Positions 54,553 through 64,000 of a stretch of DNA of 64,000 bases are shown here, piece by piece. Below the pieces are notes generated by a model. It saw only the letters and a program-made list of their open reading frames with translations, was not told the DNA's origin and did not search any database. The first letter of the stretch is position 1. Every line of letters starts with the position of its first letter. The position numbers and the translations under genes are program-made. The stretch comes from Kiritimatiellia bacterium (GTDB lineage Bacteria; Verrucomicrobiota; Kiritimatiellia; RFP12; UBA1067). The stretch spans positions 23,500-87,499 of the forward strand of contig JBJEWD010000044.1 in the NCBI GenBank assembly GCA_051884875.1, written 5' to 3'.

Positions 54553-55362
54553 CTATTCAATGTCGACGACGGAAGCCCAGTGGACGAGGAGATCGAGGTT
54601 CTTCTGGTCCTTCTCGCTCGCGGCCTCGGCGGCGGCGACGATGGGCAGCCACTTCTGGACGTCGGGGAGCTTGACCTTGAGCGCCTCGCACATGAGCGCC
54701 ATGTACTTCTCGGCGGCGGCGACGTGGCCGGAGAGCCAGAAGAGCAGGTAGGTGCGCGCGACATCCGCGAGCGGATCCCCGAGGCGCACGTGCGCCCAGT
54801 CGATCACGCGCCACTCGCCCTTCGGGGTGAGGATGACGTTCGTCGGATTGAAGTCACCGTGGCAGAGCGACGTGCCGCGCGTGTAGCTCAGGAGCTTCAT
54901 GTGCAGGTCGTAGCGCGTGACGCGGTCGAGCGGCGAGGCGCTGATCTGCTTGTCGAGCTTCTCGACGAGGTTGCCCATACGTTCGGAGGTCTTCTTGAAG
55001 ATCGCGCACTGGATCTCGACGAACTGCCGGAGGTACTTCGCGAGATTCTTCCTGTCCTTCGCCATCACGTCCGCCAGGGTCTCGCCCTCGATGAACTCGC
55101 GGCGGATCGCCCAGTGGTCGCGGATCTTCATGACCTCGAGCACCTTGGCGACGGGCAGTCCCGTCTCGGCGGCGCGGGCCTCGTTCATCGCCTCGTTGAG
55201 GATGGCGGAGACCTTGTAGGAGGGGCCGAAGACCTTGAGCACCGTATCCTTGTCCTTGAGGATGACCTTCGCGGTGCGCTCGAGGAGCACATTACCCTTC
55301 GCGGGCTTCTTCGCCGCCGGGGCCTTCTTCCCGGCAACCGCCTTCTTTTCAACCTTCTTCAT
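54553..55362 (-). CDS. Aminoglycoside-phosphotransferase/choline-kinase-fold kinase with Lys/Ala-rich N-terminal tail
   Basis: CHGDFNPTNVIL and IDWAHVRLGDPLADVA (APH-family catalytic and Mg loops). N-terminus MKKVEKKAVAGKKAPAAKKPAKG. Starts 19 nt after adhE. Confidence 0.75.
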   Translation of the reverse strand: MKKVEKKAVAGKKAPAAKKPAKGNVLLERTAKVILKDKDTVLKVFGPSYKVSAILNEAMNEARAAETGLPVAKVLEVMKIRDHWAIRREFIEGETLADVMAKDRKNLAKYLRQFVEIQCAIFKKTSERMGNLVEKLDKQISASPLDRVTRYDLHMKLLSYTRGTSLCHGDFNPTNVILTPKGEWRVIDWAHVRLGDPLADVARTYLLFWLSGHVAAAEKYMALMCEALKVKLPDVQKWLPIVAAAEAASEKDQKNLDLLVHWASVVDIE

Positions 55363-55381
55363 GCTGATCGCTCCTTTCGAA

Positions 55382-58030
55382 TTAGACGTTCTCGTGCTTG
55401 CCGTAGTAGGCGTTGAGGTACATCTGCTTGATCTCGCTCATAAGCGGATAGCGCGGGTTCGCGCCCGTGCACTGGTCGTCGAACGCCTGCTCGACCATAT
55501 CGTCGAGGCGCGCGAGGAAGTCCGCCTCGTCCGGGACGTAGTCCTTGATCGCCGGCTTGATGCCGATCGCCTTCTGGAGGTCGCGGATCGCCTTGATGAA
55601 GTTCTCGAACTGTTCGCCGCGGCTGCGGCCTTTGATGCCGAGGGCGTCGGCGATCTCGAGGTAGCGCTCGAAGGTATGCGGATGGTCGTACTGCGGGAAG
55701 GTGCCCATCTTGCGCGGCGTCGGATCGGCGTTGAAGCGGAGGACCTCCTCCATCATCAGCGCATTGGCGATGCCGTGCGGGATGTGGTGGAACGCGCCGA
55801 GCTTGTGGGCCATCGAGTGCATGACGCCGAGGAAGGCGTTCGCGAAGGCCATGCCGGCCATGGTGGCGGCGTTGGCCATCTTCTCGCGGGCGATCGGGTC
55901 CTTCGTCTTCGTGACGGCGGCGTTGTAGCACGCCGGCAGATACTTGAAGATCGTCTGGAGCGCACGCACCGCCAGGCCGTCGGTGTAGTCCGTCGCGCAC
56001 ATCGAGGCGTAGGCTTCGAGGGCGTGGGAGACGGCGTCGATGCCCGACGCGCTGGTGAGTCCCGGGGGCGCCATCATCTGCATATCCGCATCGACGATTG
56101 CCATATTGGGCATGAGCTGGTAGTCCGCAAGCGGATACTTCGTGCCCGTTTTCTCGTCGGTGATGACCGCGAACGGCGTCACTTCCGAACCCGTGCCGGC
56201 CGACGTCGGAATCGCGATGAAATAGGCCTTCTCCCCCATCTTCGGGAAGGTGTAGACGCGCTTGCGGATATCCATGAAGCGCATGGCCATGTCCATGAAG
56301 TCGCATTCGGGGTGCTCGTAGAGAACCCACATGATCTTCGCCGCGTCCATCGCCGAACCGCCGCCGAGGGCGATGACCACATCCGGCTTGAAGCCCGCCA
56401 TGAGCCGGGCGCCTTCCTGCGCGCAGGCGAGGGTGGGATCCGGCGCGACATTCGAATACGTCGTGAACATGATACCCTGCTGTTCGAGGCTCTTCTCGAT
56501 CGGCCGGGTGTAGCCGTTCTGGTAGAGGAAGGAGTCCGTCACGATGAAAGCCTTCCTCTTGCCGAGCACCTCGCTGAGTTCGCGAAGCGCGACGGGCAGG
56601 CAGCCCTTCTTCTGATACACCTTCTCAGGTGCGCGGAACCAAAGCATGTTTTCCCTTCTCATGGCCACAGTCTTGATGTTGATGAGGTGCTTGACGCCCA
56701 CGTTCTCCGAAATCGAGTTGCCGCCCCAGCTGCCGCAGCCGAGCGTCAGCGACGGCGGGAAGCTGAAGTTGTAGATGTCGCCGATGCCGCCGAGCGACGA
56801 CGGCGTATTGACGATGAGGCGGCACGCTTTCATGCGTTCGGCGAACTGCTCAAGCTTCGCGCGCTCGTTGAGTTCGTCGACCCAGAGGACGGAGGTGTGG
56901 CCGAGACCGCCGTTGTTCTCCAGAAGCTCCTCCGCGATGCGGAGCGAATCGTCAAAGTCCTCGGACTTGTACATGCCGAGGATCGTCGTCAGCTTCTCGT
57001 GGCCGAACGCCTCGGACGTATCCGTCGAGGAGGCCTCGCCGATAAGCACCTTGGTGGATTCGGGGACCTCGAAACCCGCCATCTTCGCGATCGTCACCGG
57101 GCGCTGGCCGACGATCTTCGCGTTGAGCGCGCCGTTGATGAGCATCGTTGCGCGAAGCTTGTCCGCCTCCGCCGGGGTCACGAAATAGCAGCCGCGCTTG
57201 ATGAACTCGGCCTTGACCGCATCGTAGACCTCCTTGTCCGCGATGACCGTCTGCTCGGTCGCGCAGATCATGCCGTTGTCAAAGGTCTTGGAGTGGATGA
57301 TCGAGTTGACCGCCATCGTCAGGTCGGCGGACGGATCGATGATCGCGGCCGCATTGCCCGCCCCTACGCCCAAGGCCGGCGTACCCGACGAATAGGCGCT
57401 CTTCACCATGGCGGGGCCACCCGTGGCGAGAATGATGTCGGCCTCCTTCATAAGGAGGTTCGTCTTGGGGAGCGACGGCGCCGCAATCCAGCCGATGATG
57501 CCCTCGGGCGCGCCCGCCGCCACCGCCGCGTCGAGGACGACCTGGGCCGCCGCGATCGTGCAGTTCTTGGCCCGCGGATGGGGGGAGATGACGATGCCGT
57601 TGCGCGTCTTGAGCGCGAGCAGCGTCTTGAAGATGGCCGTCGAAGTCGGGTTGGTGGTCGGAATGACCGCGCCGATGAGACCGATCGGCTCGGCGATCTT
57701 CATGATGCCCGCCGAATCATCGCGTTCGAGGATGCCGCAGGTCTGCGTGTGCTTGTACTGGTTGTAGATGTACTCGGCCGCGTAGTGGTTCTTGATGATC
57801 TTGTCCTCGACGATGCCCATACCCGTCTCGGCGACCGCCATCTTTGCGAGCGGAATACGCTGCCGGTTGGCGGCCAGGGCGGCCGCCTGGAAGATCTGGT
57901 CGACCTGTTCCTGCGAGAAGGATGCGAACTTTGCCTGCGCCGCACGCACGCGCGCAAGGGTTGCTTCGAATTCCGCCATGCCGTCGTCAACGACGGGCGC
58001 GGGGGTATTTGCGCTTTCCATCTTTATCAT
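55382..58030 (-). CDS. adhE: Bifunctional acetaldehyde-CoA/alcohol dehydrogenase
   Basis: 882 aa. N-terminal ALDH domain and C-terminal iron-ADH domain (ALGGGSAMDAAKIMW and HGIANAL-type His cluster). Confidence 0.95.
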   Translation of the reverse strand: MIKMESANTPAPVVDDGMAEFEATLARVRAAQAKFASFSQEQVDQIFQAAALAANRQRIPLAKMAVAETGMGIVEDKIIKNHYAAEYIYNQYKHTQTCGILERDDSAGIMKIAEPIGLIGAVIPTTNPTSTAIFKTLLALKTRNGIVISPHPRAKNCTIAAAQVVLDAAVAAGAPEGIIGWIAAPSLPKTNLLMKEADIILATGGPAMVKSAYSSGTPALGVGAGNAAAIIDPSADLTMAVNSIIHSKTFDNGMICATEQTVIADKEVYDAVKAEFIKRGCYFVTPAEADKLRATMLINGALNAKIVGQRPVTIAKMAGFEVPESTKVLIGEASSTDTSEAFGHEKLTTILGMYKSEDFDDSLRIAEELLENNGGLGHTSVLWVDELNERAKLEQFAERMKACRLIVNTPSSLGGIGDIYNFSFPPSLTLGCGSWGGNSISENVGVKHLINIKTVAMRRENMLWFRAPEKVYQKKGCLPVALRELSEVLGKRKAFIVTDSFLYQNGYTRPIEKSLEQQGIMFTTYSNVAPDPTLACAQEGARLMAGFKPDVVIALGGGSAMDAAKIMWVLYEHPECDFMDMAMRFMDIRKRVYTFPKMGEKAYFIAIPTSAGTGSEVTPFAVITDEKTGTKYPLADYQLMPNMAIVDADMQMMAPPGLTSASGIDAVSHALEAYASMCATDYTDGLAVRALQTIFKYLPACYNAAVTKTKDPIAREKMANAATMAGMAFANAFLGVMHSMAHKLGAFHHIPHGIANALMMEEVLRFNADPTPRKMGTFPQYDHPHTFERYLEIADALGIKGRSRGEQFENFIKAIRDLQKAIGIKPAIKDYVPDEADFLARLDDMVEQAFDDQCTGANPRYPLMSEIKQMYLNAYYGKHENV

Positions 58031-58082
58031 CTTTCTTTGGTTGTTCAGGTGGCCCGAAACCCTTTTCAGAGCCGTGGAGTAC

Positions 58083-58112
58083 AGTATATGATATTTTTAT
58101 ATCGGTAGTCAA
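58083..58112 (-). promoter_or_regulatory. Sigma70-type promoter of adhE
   Basis: Minus strand reads TTGACT-18 nt-TATACT, about 53 nt upstream of the ATG at 58030, in an AT-rich patch. Confidence 0.5.
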
Positions 58113-58501
58113 GTATCGATTGGCGGAATTATCAATTGACCCTTCGCCTCCCTCGGAAACATCTTCAGAAAATTGACCCGTCTGGCTTGCCATTCACCGC
58201 AATTGGGGTGTAGCAGGGTTTGGATCAAGGCTGCGCAGGAACGCTCGCCGAGAAGAGCAATAAAAATCGGACTTGCGCAGCGGATTGGGGATTCTTTACC
58301 CACATCGGATGCAACCCCGCAAAACCACAATCATGGCAATCAGGCGATGTCGGACGACCATCGGTCAAATGCAGCTTGGGCAGACTGAAGGCAACCCCCG
58401 ATGACGCGGGTGCATTCAACCCGCCCGTAGTTGCATTACCTTGTCCGGCGACCTTGGCGATTCGCCCGGCAAGGCAAACCGGCGACGACGGCACGCCCTG
58501 C

Positions 58502-59818
58502 CTATGCGGACTTTCGGGGGATGACAAGGCCGGCGAGCACCGAAAGGACAAGCGGCATCAGGATCAGATCGGACGCGAGCGTCCGGGCGACGGCGGCAGG
58601 TTCAAGGCATTCGTCGTTCGCCAGCGTCTCCAGAGGATGGACGGAGCCGATGGATTTCGTCGCCTGCGCGACAAAATTCGTAATCCGCATGCCGATCCGG
58701 TCACCCAGACTCGCCACCTGCCCCTCCATGCACTCGTCCATGATGCTCGGGGCGATTTCGGCCGCCAGCAGCAGCACGATGACCGTGAAGACCGCCACGC
58801 TCCGGCTCAGGCAGGCGCTCAGGAAAAGCGCAAACGAAACGACGAGCGCCAGCATCGCCACGGTGGCGAGATAGGCGTAGAGAAGATTGGCCGCAAAAAC
58901 GTCGCCCGGGCGGCCGTACAGAAGATGGAGATCCTTGCGCGGGCGCAGCATGACGCCCTCCCGTCCCGTGTTGTCGAAACGCAGCGCTCCCGCGAACGAG
59001 CCGCCTTCGGGACGCACCAGCGGCGCCATCAGCACGGCCTCGGTCGCGTTGCCGATCTCCGCGACGCAATCGCCAAGACGAAAACGGCCGTGGAACTCCC
59101 CCCGCGTCTCCAGACTGTTGGCGAACTTCATCCGCACCGCCAGCCGCACGGCATCCGCCGGGACCGCCGCGAACTTCCATTCCGCCGACTGCCCGGCGCC
59201 CACCTGATCGAACCGCTCCTCCGCACGCTGCGTCAGGATGTCGAGCGCGACCTTCCGATCGACTTCGGCCACGTTATTCGAGGTCGCGGGATCGGTTCGG
59301 TATTTTTCATACGCCTCCTCGGCCTCCTCGCGCGCCGTCTTCTCCATGATCGGCGACAGCACATGATAGCAGGGACGCGACAGGGAGAAATCCATCGGCA
59401 CGGCACCGCCGTCCGTCCCTTCGAACGTCCTGGGGTAACGGGCGAGGCAGATGAGCGCGGACACGACCGCCAGCGCCATCACGACCGCGCCGACCGTCGT
59501 CAGCGCCACAGCGCGCCCCAGGACGATGACGGCATAGGGCACGGGGCGGACCGCCGTGAGCGACAGGCGTCCGGCGGCGCGATCCTTCGCGAGAGATCCT
59601 GCCGCCGACGCCGCCAGGGTCACGGTCAGCAGCAGCGCGGCGCCCCCCAGCGCGTAGTGGCAGTAGATCTGATATTCGCCCGCCGCCGTGCCGTCGCCGC
59701 GCACGAGGAAGGGCAGGAACTGCGTCCAGGCGAGCGCGGCCAGGGAAAGCAGCGGCAACGCCCGCGAACGGACGAAGCCGAGGAACTCCAACCGGAAAAT
59801 CTGGCCGAACGCCCTCAT
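58502..59818 (-). CDS. Membrane protein of the ABC-2 system with a large extracytoplasmic loop
   Basis: Start MRAFGQIFRLEFLGF at 59818 overlaps the ATPase stop as ATGA. N-terminal and C-terminal TM clusters flank a soluble region of about 190 aa. The 722-aa ORF-track frame upstream of 59818 was rejected. Confidence 0.65.
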   Translation of the reverse strand: MRAFGQIFRLEFLGFVRSRALPLLSLAALAWTQFLPFLVRGDGTAAGEYQIYCHYALGGAALLLTVTLAASAAGSLAKDRAAGRLSLTAVRPVPYAVIVLGRAVALTTVGAVVMALAVVSALICLARYPRTFEGTDGGAVPMDFSLSRPCYHVLSPIMEKTAREEAEEAYEKYRTDPATSNNVAEVDRKVALDILTQRAEERFDQVGAGQSAEWKFAAVPADAVRLAVRMKFANSLETRGEFHGRFRLGDCVAEIGNATEAVLMAPLVRPEGGSFAGALRFDNTGREGVMLRPRKDLHLLYGRPGDVFAANLLYAYLATVAMLALVVSFALFLSACLSRSVAVFTVIVLLLAAEIAPSIMDECMEGQVASLGDRIGMRITNFVAQATKSIGSVHPLETLANDECLEPAAVARTLASDLILMPLVLSVLAGLVIPRKSA

Positions 59819-60573
59819 CGCAGGAACGGGGCGACCTCGAAGCGGCGCCCCTCGCCGACCGTGGCGAGGAAGAACGACTCCAGCGAGGTGCCGATTTCGT
59901 CGACGTTGCCTTCGGCGACGGACTTGCCGTGGTTGAGAATCATCACGCGACTGCAGACGTCCCCGGCATCGGCCAGCAGGTGCGAGGTCATGAGAATCGT
60001 CATGCCGCCCTTCGCCAGCGTCTTCACGAGCGTCTTCACCTCGTTCGTCGACACGGGGTCGAGTCCGCTCGTCGGTTCGTCGAGAATCAGCAGCTCGGGG
60101 CGACCGATGAGCGCGCTCGCCAGGGCGACGCGGCGGGCCATTCCCTTCGAGAAGCCGCCGACGGCACGGTTGGCGACGGCGGTCAGACCCACCATCTCCA
60201 GCAGCTGGTCGGCGCGGTCGGCGGCAATCCGGCGCGGCAGATCGCAAAGCCCCGCATAATAGCGCAGAGTCTCGCGCGCGGTGAGGAACGGATGCAGATA
60301 GCTCAGCTCCGGCAGATGGCCCAGACGTCGGCGGGCCGCGGTCGAACGGGGCGGCAGACCGAAGAGCGAGACTTCGCCGACCGTGGGGTCGAGCAACCCG
60401 AGGATCATCTTGAGCGTCGTGGATTTGCCGCTGCCGTTGGGGCCGAGGAGACCGAACACCTCGCCCGCGCTCACCGTCAGGTCGAGTCCGTCCACGGCTT
60501 TCACGGTCGGCCGCATCCAGAAATCGCGGAACGTCTTGCCCACGTCTGCAAGTCTGATGATCGTCTCGTGCAT
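59815..60573 (-). CDS. ABC transporter ATP-binding protein (ABC-2/DrrA-like)
   Basis: Start MHETIIRL at 60573 follows GGAGG. GPNGSGKSTTLK, FSKGMARRVALASAL and LLILDEPTSGLD. Confidence 0.88.
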   Translation of the reverse strand: MHETIIRLADVGKTFRDFWMRPTVKAVDGLDLTVSAGEVFGLLGPNGSGKSTTLKMILGLLDPTVGEVSLFGLPPRSTAARRRLGHLPELSYLHPFLTARETLRYYAGLCDLPRRIAADRADQLLEMVGLTAVANRAVGGFSKGMARRVALASALIGRPELLILDEPTSGLDPVSTNEVKTLVKTLAKGGMTILMTSHLLADAGDVCSRVMILNHGKSVAEGNVDEIGTSLESFFLATVGEGRRFEVAPFLR

Positions 60574-60590
60574 CGAACCTCCGGTAACCA

Positions 60591-61478
60591 TCACGCGCCG
60601 TCGATCTCGCGGTTTTCAAACAGCCATACGCCCATGACAACGAAGGCGACGACGAACGGCAGCGTCGCAACCCCGGCGAACAGCAGGTAGTCGAACGGCA
60701 GGCTGCGCCCGCGCACCAACGCGCCCGGCAGATAGTAGTTGCCGAACAGCGGCAGCAGAAGGATGCAGAGAGCGCCCGCGAGCGACGTCGCCGCGTGGCT
60801 GCGCCACTTCACCGCAAACGCCGCGGCAGCCGCGACCACAATGGCTGCGGGAAACGTCACGAGCAGCGCGAGCGGCGCCATCCGGAGCCAGAGCCGACCC
60901 TCGAAACAGCCGAACTGCGCGGCGCACGCGAAAAGCGCCGAAAGAAGCGTCGCCGTCAGCGTGAAACGGAGCCTGAAGAAATAGTTGAGCGCCGCCGCGC
61001 AGACGGGCGGCAGCAGAATCGCGGCCGTGGCGAGGGCGACGGAAGGCCCGAAAAGCCCCGGAATATCATTGCGCGCCCGGGCGATTTCCGCCCCGATCGC
61101 CGCGCCGCGGGTGACGGTAACGGTCAGTGCGAAGACGGTTGCCGCGAAGACGAGATAGGCAAGCCACGCCCCCAGCGCCTTCGCCATGAAAAACGCGCGG
61201 CGGGAAACGGAATGCGCCAGCGCCATCTGCAGGGTACCCGACTCGATTTCGCGCCGGAACGAACGGATCGTGCAGAACACCGCAAACGCGAGGCCGATCA
61301 CAAGTTGCGCCGAGAAGCCCGACTCCATCGCCATGCGCGTCGGGTCGCCGAACTGGTGATAGTGGAAGCGCGGCGCCAGAAACGCGAGCGCCGTCGCCGA
61401 CATCGTCAGCAACAGCGCCAGCGGTTCGGAACATATCTCCAGCGCCGTGGCGCGGACGATGGCCGAATAGCGCCTCAC
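60591..61478 (-). CDS. ABC-2 family transporter permease
   Basis: GTG start at 61478 overlaps the upstream stop as GTGA. EIESGTLQMALAHSVSRRAFFMAKALG is typical of ABC-2 permeases. Six TM segments. Confidence 0.7.
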   Translation of the reverse strand: MRRYSAIVRATALEICSEPLALLLTMSATALAFLAPRFHYHQFGDPTRMAMESGFSAQLVIGLAFAVFCTIRSFRREIESGTLQMALAHSVSRRAFFMAKALGAWLAYLVFAATVFALTVTVTRGAAIGAEIARARNDIPGLFGPSVALATAAILLPPVCAAALNYFFRLRFTLTATLLSALFACAAQFGCFEGRLWLRMAPLALLVTFPAAIVVAAAAAFAVKWRSHAATSLAGALCILLLPLFGNYYLPGALVRGRSLPFDYLLFAGVATLPFVVAFVVMGVWLFENREIDGA

Positions 61479-62410
61479 AGCGCGGCGTTGCAGCCGCCGC
61501 ACCACAGCGGCAGCCGGTAGCAGTCCTGGAAGAGGAAGTAGCAGACCACGCCGAGGACGATGCACGCGGCGATCTCGACAAGCAGCCCGACGGTTCCCCA
61601 CGCGCCGCCCACGGCGGGGACCTGATCCTTCGGGAGCGGACCCGCCGCCACCGGTGCGGCCGCCGCCGGCGCACCCTCGGCGGGCAGATCCGGGATGTCG
61701 GCGACATCCGGAATGTCCGCCACGGCCCCCGCCGCCGGATTTTCGATTGTCGTGGCACCGGGCTTCTTGACGCCGAACTTGCCGCCCGGGCGAACGCCGC
61801 CGCCCGGACGCGCGATCTTAAGCGTCTTGCGCTGAGTCACCGTCGGCTCGGGCGCGGCTGCCGTCGGCTCGGGCGCGGCCGGCGCCGGGCGCGATGGCGA
61901 CGCGCCGACCGGACTCTGGATGTCGATGGGACGCTTGATGCGGATGGTCTTGATCGGCGCGGATTCGCTCTTGACCGGCGCAATGCCCATCGCATCGGAA
62001 AGCGAGATGCGCGCCGTGCGCGACTTCGACGCCTGTTTCTGGGCCTCGGTCAGATCCTGATCGGCGATGATGCCCGTCTTGTGCAGAATGGCCTGCGCGG
62101 GAATCTGCTGGGTGACGCCCTTCAGCTTCTGCGTCATGTTCTTGAGCTGGTCGATCGAATCCGGCTTCGCCGCCGCAGGCGCTTCCGCCGCGGGCGCCGC
62201 AGGCTTCGCCGCCGAAGGAATGGCGGGCTTGGCGACGGACGAGGGCAGGCGGACACTCGGGCGGCCCGGCGTCGCCCCGCCGCCGATCGTCGGCTTGCGG
62301 ATCACAGGCTTGAGTTTCAGCGTAGCCGCATGGGCGACCGTCGAAGACGCGATCGGGTTCGTCACCGGCGGTTTCGCTGCGCTGATCGGATTCACGGTAT
62401 CTTCGGCCAT
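61475..62410 (-). CDS. Pro/Ala-rich low-complexity protein with C-terminal membrane anchor
   Basis: 311 aa. Repeated KPxI/AAPEPT segments. C-terminal TM VGLLVEIAACIVLGVVCYFLF followed by the Cys-rich tail CGGCNAAL. Confidence 0.55.
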   Translation of the reverse strand: MAEDTVNPISAAKPPVTNPIASSTVAHAATLKLKPVIRKPTIGGGATPGRPSVRLPSSVAKPAIPSAAKPAAPAAEAPAAAKPDSIDQLKNMTQKLKGVTQQIPAQAILHKTGIIADQDLTEAQKQASKSRTARISLSDAMGIAPVKSESAPIKTIRIKRPIDIQSPVGASPSRPAPAAPEPTAAAPEPTVTQRKTLKIARPGGGVRPGGKFGVKKPGATTIENPAAGAVADIPDVADIPDLPAEGAPAAAAPVAAGPLPKDQVPAVGGAWGTVGLLVEIAACIVLGVVCYFLFQDCYRLPLWCGGCNAAL

Positions 62411-62454
62411 ATCAACCCTCCTTGGGAAATTCCTGAGTCGCGCGGACGGTCGCG

Positions 62455-63018
62455 TCAGACGGTCATCACCTCGGACTCCTTGGCCTTCAGTTCGGCGTCG
62501 ATCTTCGCAATGCCCTCGTCCGTCGCCTTCTGGATCCGCTCAAGGCCCTGCTTCATGTCGTCCTCGGAAATCTTCTTATCCTTCTCCAGCTTCCTGACCG
62601 CATCGTTCGCATCGCGCCGGACGTTGCGCATGGCGACCTTCTGGGCCTCGGCCTGGGTCTTCGCCGTCTTCACGATCTCCTTGCGGCGCGCCTCGTTGAG
62701 CTCCGGCACCGTGATGCGGAGAACCTTGCCGTCGGTCTGCGGCGTGACGCCGAGGTTCGCCGCCAGGATCGCCTTGTTCATTTCGGCGAGCACCGTCGGA
62801 TCGAACGGCGTGATCTTGATCTGACGCGGCTCCGGCGTCGAAATCGTGCCGAGATTCTTGATCGGCGTCGGGCAGCCGTAGTACTCGACCTTGATCTGAT
62901 CGACCATCGCCGGATTGGCCTTGCCCGTGCGCAGGCCGGCGAACTGACCCTTCAGCGCCTCAAAACTCTTCTGGATCTTCGCCTGAGCGTCATTCAGAAC
63001 TTCGGAAACCGTCTCCAT
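62455..63018 (-). CDS. frr: Ribosome recycling factor
   Basis: 187 aa. LRTGKANPAMVDQIKVEYYG and ITPFDP motifs. Confidence 0.95.
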   Translation of the reverse strand: METVSEVLNDAQAKIQKSFEALKGQFAGLRTGKANPAMVDQIKVEYYGCPTPIKNLGTISTPEPRQIKITPFDPTVLAEMNKAILAANLGVTPQTDGKVLRITVPELNEARRKEIVKTAKTQAEAQKVAMRNVRRDANDAVRKLEKDKKISEDDMKQGLERIQKATDEGIAKIDAELKAKESEVMTV

Positions 63019-63053
63019 TGCCTAACCTCTCCATTTGCTGATTAAACCGTTTC

Positions 63054-63842
63054 TCAATCACTCACGATCGTGCCGACCGACTCGCCCTTCACGACGCGCT
63101 CGAGCGCATCGCCATCGAAGAAGTCGAACACCACGATCGGAATGCCGTTGTCCATGCACAGCGCGAACGCCGCGGAATCCATGACCTTCAGACGCTTCTC
63201 GAGCGCGGTCTCGTACTTGAGCGAACCGTACTTCCGCGCCTTCGGATCCTTGGCCGGATCGGCCGTGTAGACGCCATCGACCTTCGTCGCCTTCAGGAGC
63301 GCATCCGCGCCGATTTCGCTGGCGCGCAGCGCAGCGGCGGAGTCGGTCGAGAAATAGGGATTGCCCGTGCCGCCCGCGAAGATCACGACGCGCCCCTTCT
63401 CGAAGTGGCGGAGCGCCTTGCGCTGGATGAACGGCTCGGCGAGCTTGGGCATCTCAATCGCCGTCATCACGCGCGTCGGCACGCCGATCGACTCAAGCGC
63501 ATTCATCATCGCCAGGCCGTTGATGATCGTCGCGAGCATACCCATCGAGTCACCCGTCACCCGATTGACGCCCTTGCCCGCCCCCGTCAGACCACGGAAG
63601 ATGTTGCCGCCCCCGAGCACGATGCCGACCTCGACGCCCATCTGGTGAAGCTTCTTCACGCGCGCGGCCATGAACGCCAGGTTCTTCGGGTCGATGCACT
63701 CGCCCGTCTCGCGGTTGCGGAGAACCTCACCCGACAGCTTGAGCAGGATGCGACGGTACTTTATCTTGCACGAAACTTTTTTCACGATGGAAATTATACT
63801 ATTTTCCGGGGCGACTGGCAATAGAGGGTTTCCGGCCGTCAT
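63054..63842 (-). CDS. pyrH: UMP kinase
   Basis: [19 protein letters not shown] and [20 protein letters not shown]. The N-terminus may be shorter than annotated. Start overlaps the upstream stop as ATGA. Confidence 0.9.
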   Translation of the reverse strand: MTAGNPLLPVAPENSIISIVKKVSCKIKYRRILLKLSGEVLRNRETGECIDPKNLAFMAARVKKLHQMGVEVGIVLGGGNIFRGLTGAGKGVNRVTGDSMGMLATIINGLAMMNALESIGVPTRVMTAIEMPKLAEPFIQRKALRHFEKGRVVIFAGGTGNPYFSTDSAAALRASEIGADALLKATKVDGVYTADPAKDPKARKYGSLKYETALEKRLKVMDSAAFALCMDNGIPIVVFDFFDGDALERVVKGESVGTIVSD

Positions 63843-64000
63843 TTCGCCGAATGCGAAAGGACCTCGCAGCCGGTCTCGGTGATGACGACGAGGTCTTCGA
63901 TGCGCACGCCCAGAGCGCCTTCGAGATAGACGCCCGGTTCGATCGTCACGATCATGCCGGGGACGAGAACCGTGGTCTGCTTCTTCGCCACGAACGGCGC
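63839..64000 (-). CDS. M24-family (Xaa-Pro) aminopeptidase, C-terminal fragment (5' end outside the window)
   Basis: Manual reverse translation gives ...[43 protein letters not shown], the conserved pita-bread C-terminus (EPG...GxRIED). Confidence 0.7.
   Translation of the reverse strand, partial: APFVAKKQTTVLVPGMIVTIEPGVYLEGALGVRIEDLVVITETGCEVLSHSAK

Noticed and set aside
58502-60670. A 722-aa ORF spanning the ATPase gene and the downstream membrane protein.
   Set aside because: Only the part downstream of the ATG at 59818 looks like a real, TM-rich protein. The upstream part is an Arg-rich alternative frame of the well-supported ABC ATPase gene (59815-60573).

Overview
The window is visibly GC-rich and densely coding. 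Almost every gene from about 10 kb onward lies on the minus strand, and many neighbouring genes overlap by ATGA, GTGA or TGATG, which suggests translational coupling. The gene content points to an anaerobic, sugar-degrading bacterium. My guess is the PVC superphylum (Lentisphaerota or Kiritimatiellota-like), based on a prepilin-type KGFTLVELLVVIGILGIL protein, prenyltransferase-like repeat proteins, two secreted GH2 enzymes, AdhE and [FeFe] hydrogenases. That placement is inference only.

Housekeeping genes I recognise are priA, polA, secG, pgsA, frr, pyrH, lolDE, a PMM/PGM and adhE.

Accessory or unusual content, in order along the window:
1. A TRAP transporter, eutBC and cobO form one operon with no microcompartment genes. 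Its DctQ subunit is fused to a DUF805 domain.
2. An H2-sensing cluster runs ferredoxin, HydS-type sensory [FeFe] hydrogenase with PAS domain, PP2C phosphatase, ferredoxin, then a second [FeFe] hydrogenase.
3. A cassette bounded by inverted repeats carries a four-helix-bundle (23S-IVS-type) gene broken by one in-frame TAA.
4. A 1835-aa secreted beta-helix protein is preceded by a 23-bp periodic TGCGCA array and a heptamer C-tract repeat.
5. An ExbB-ExbD-ExbD operon includes a 1100-aa TPR protein and a TonB-like anchored protein whose C-terminal domain is a prenyltransferase-like alpha/alpha toroid.

I saw no rRNA, tRNA, CRISPR array, transposase or recognisable defence genes. The long ORFs antisense to these genes are GC-driven shadow ORFs. 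All domain calls come from reading motifs by eye, and no database search was run.
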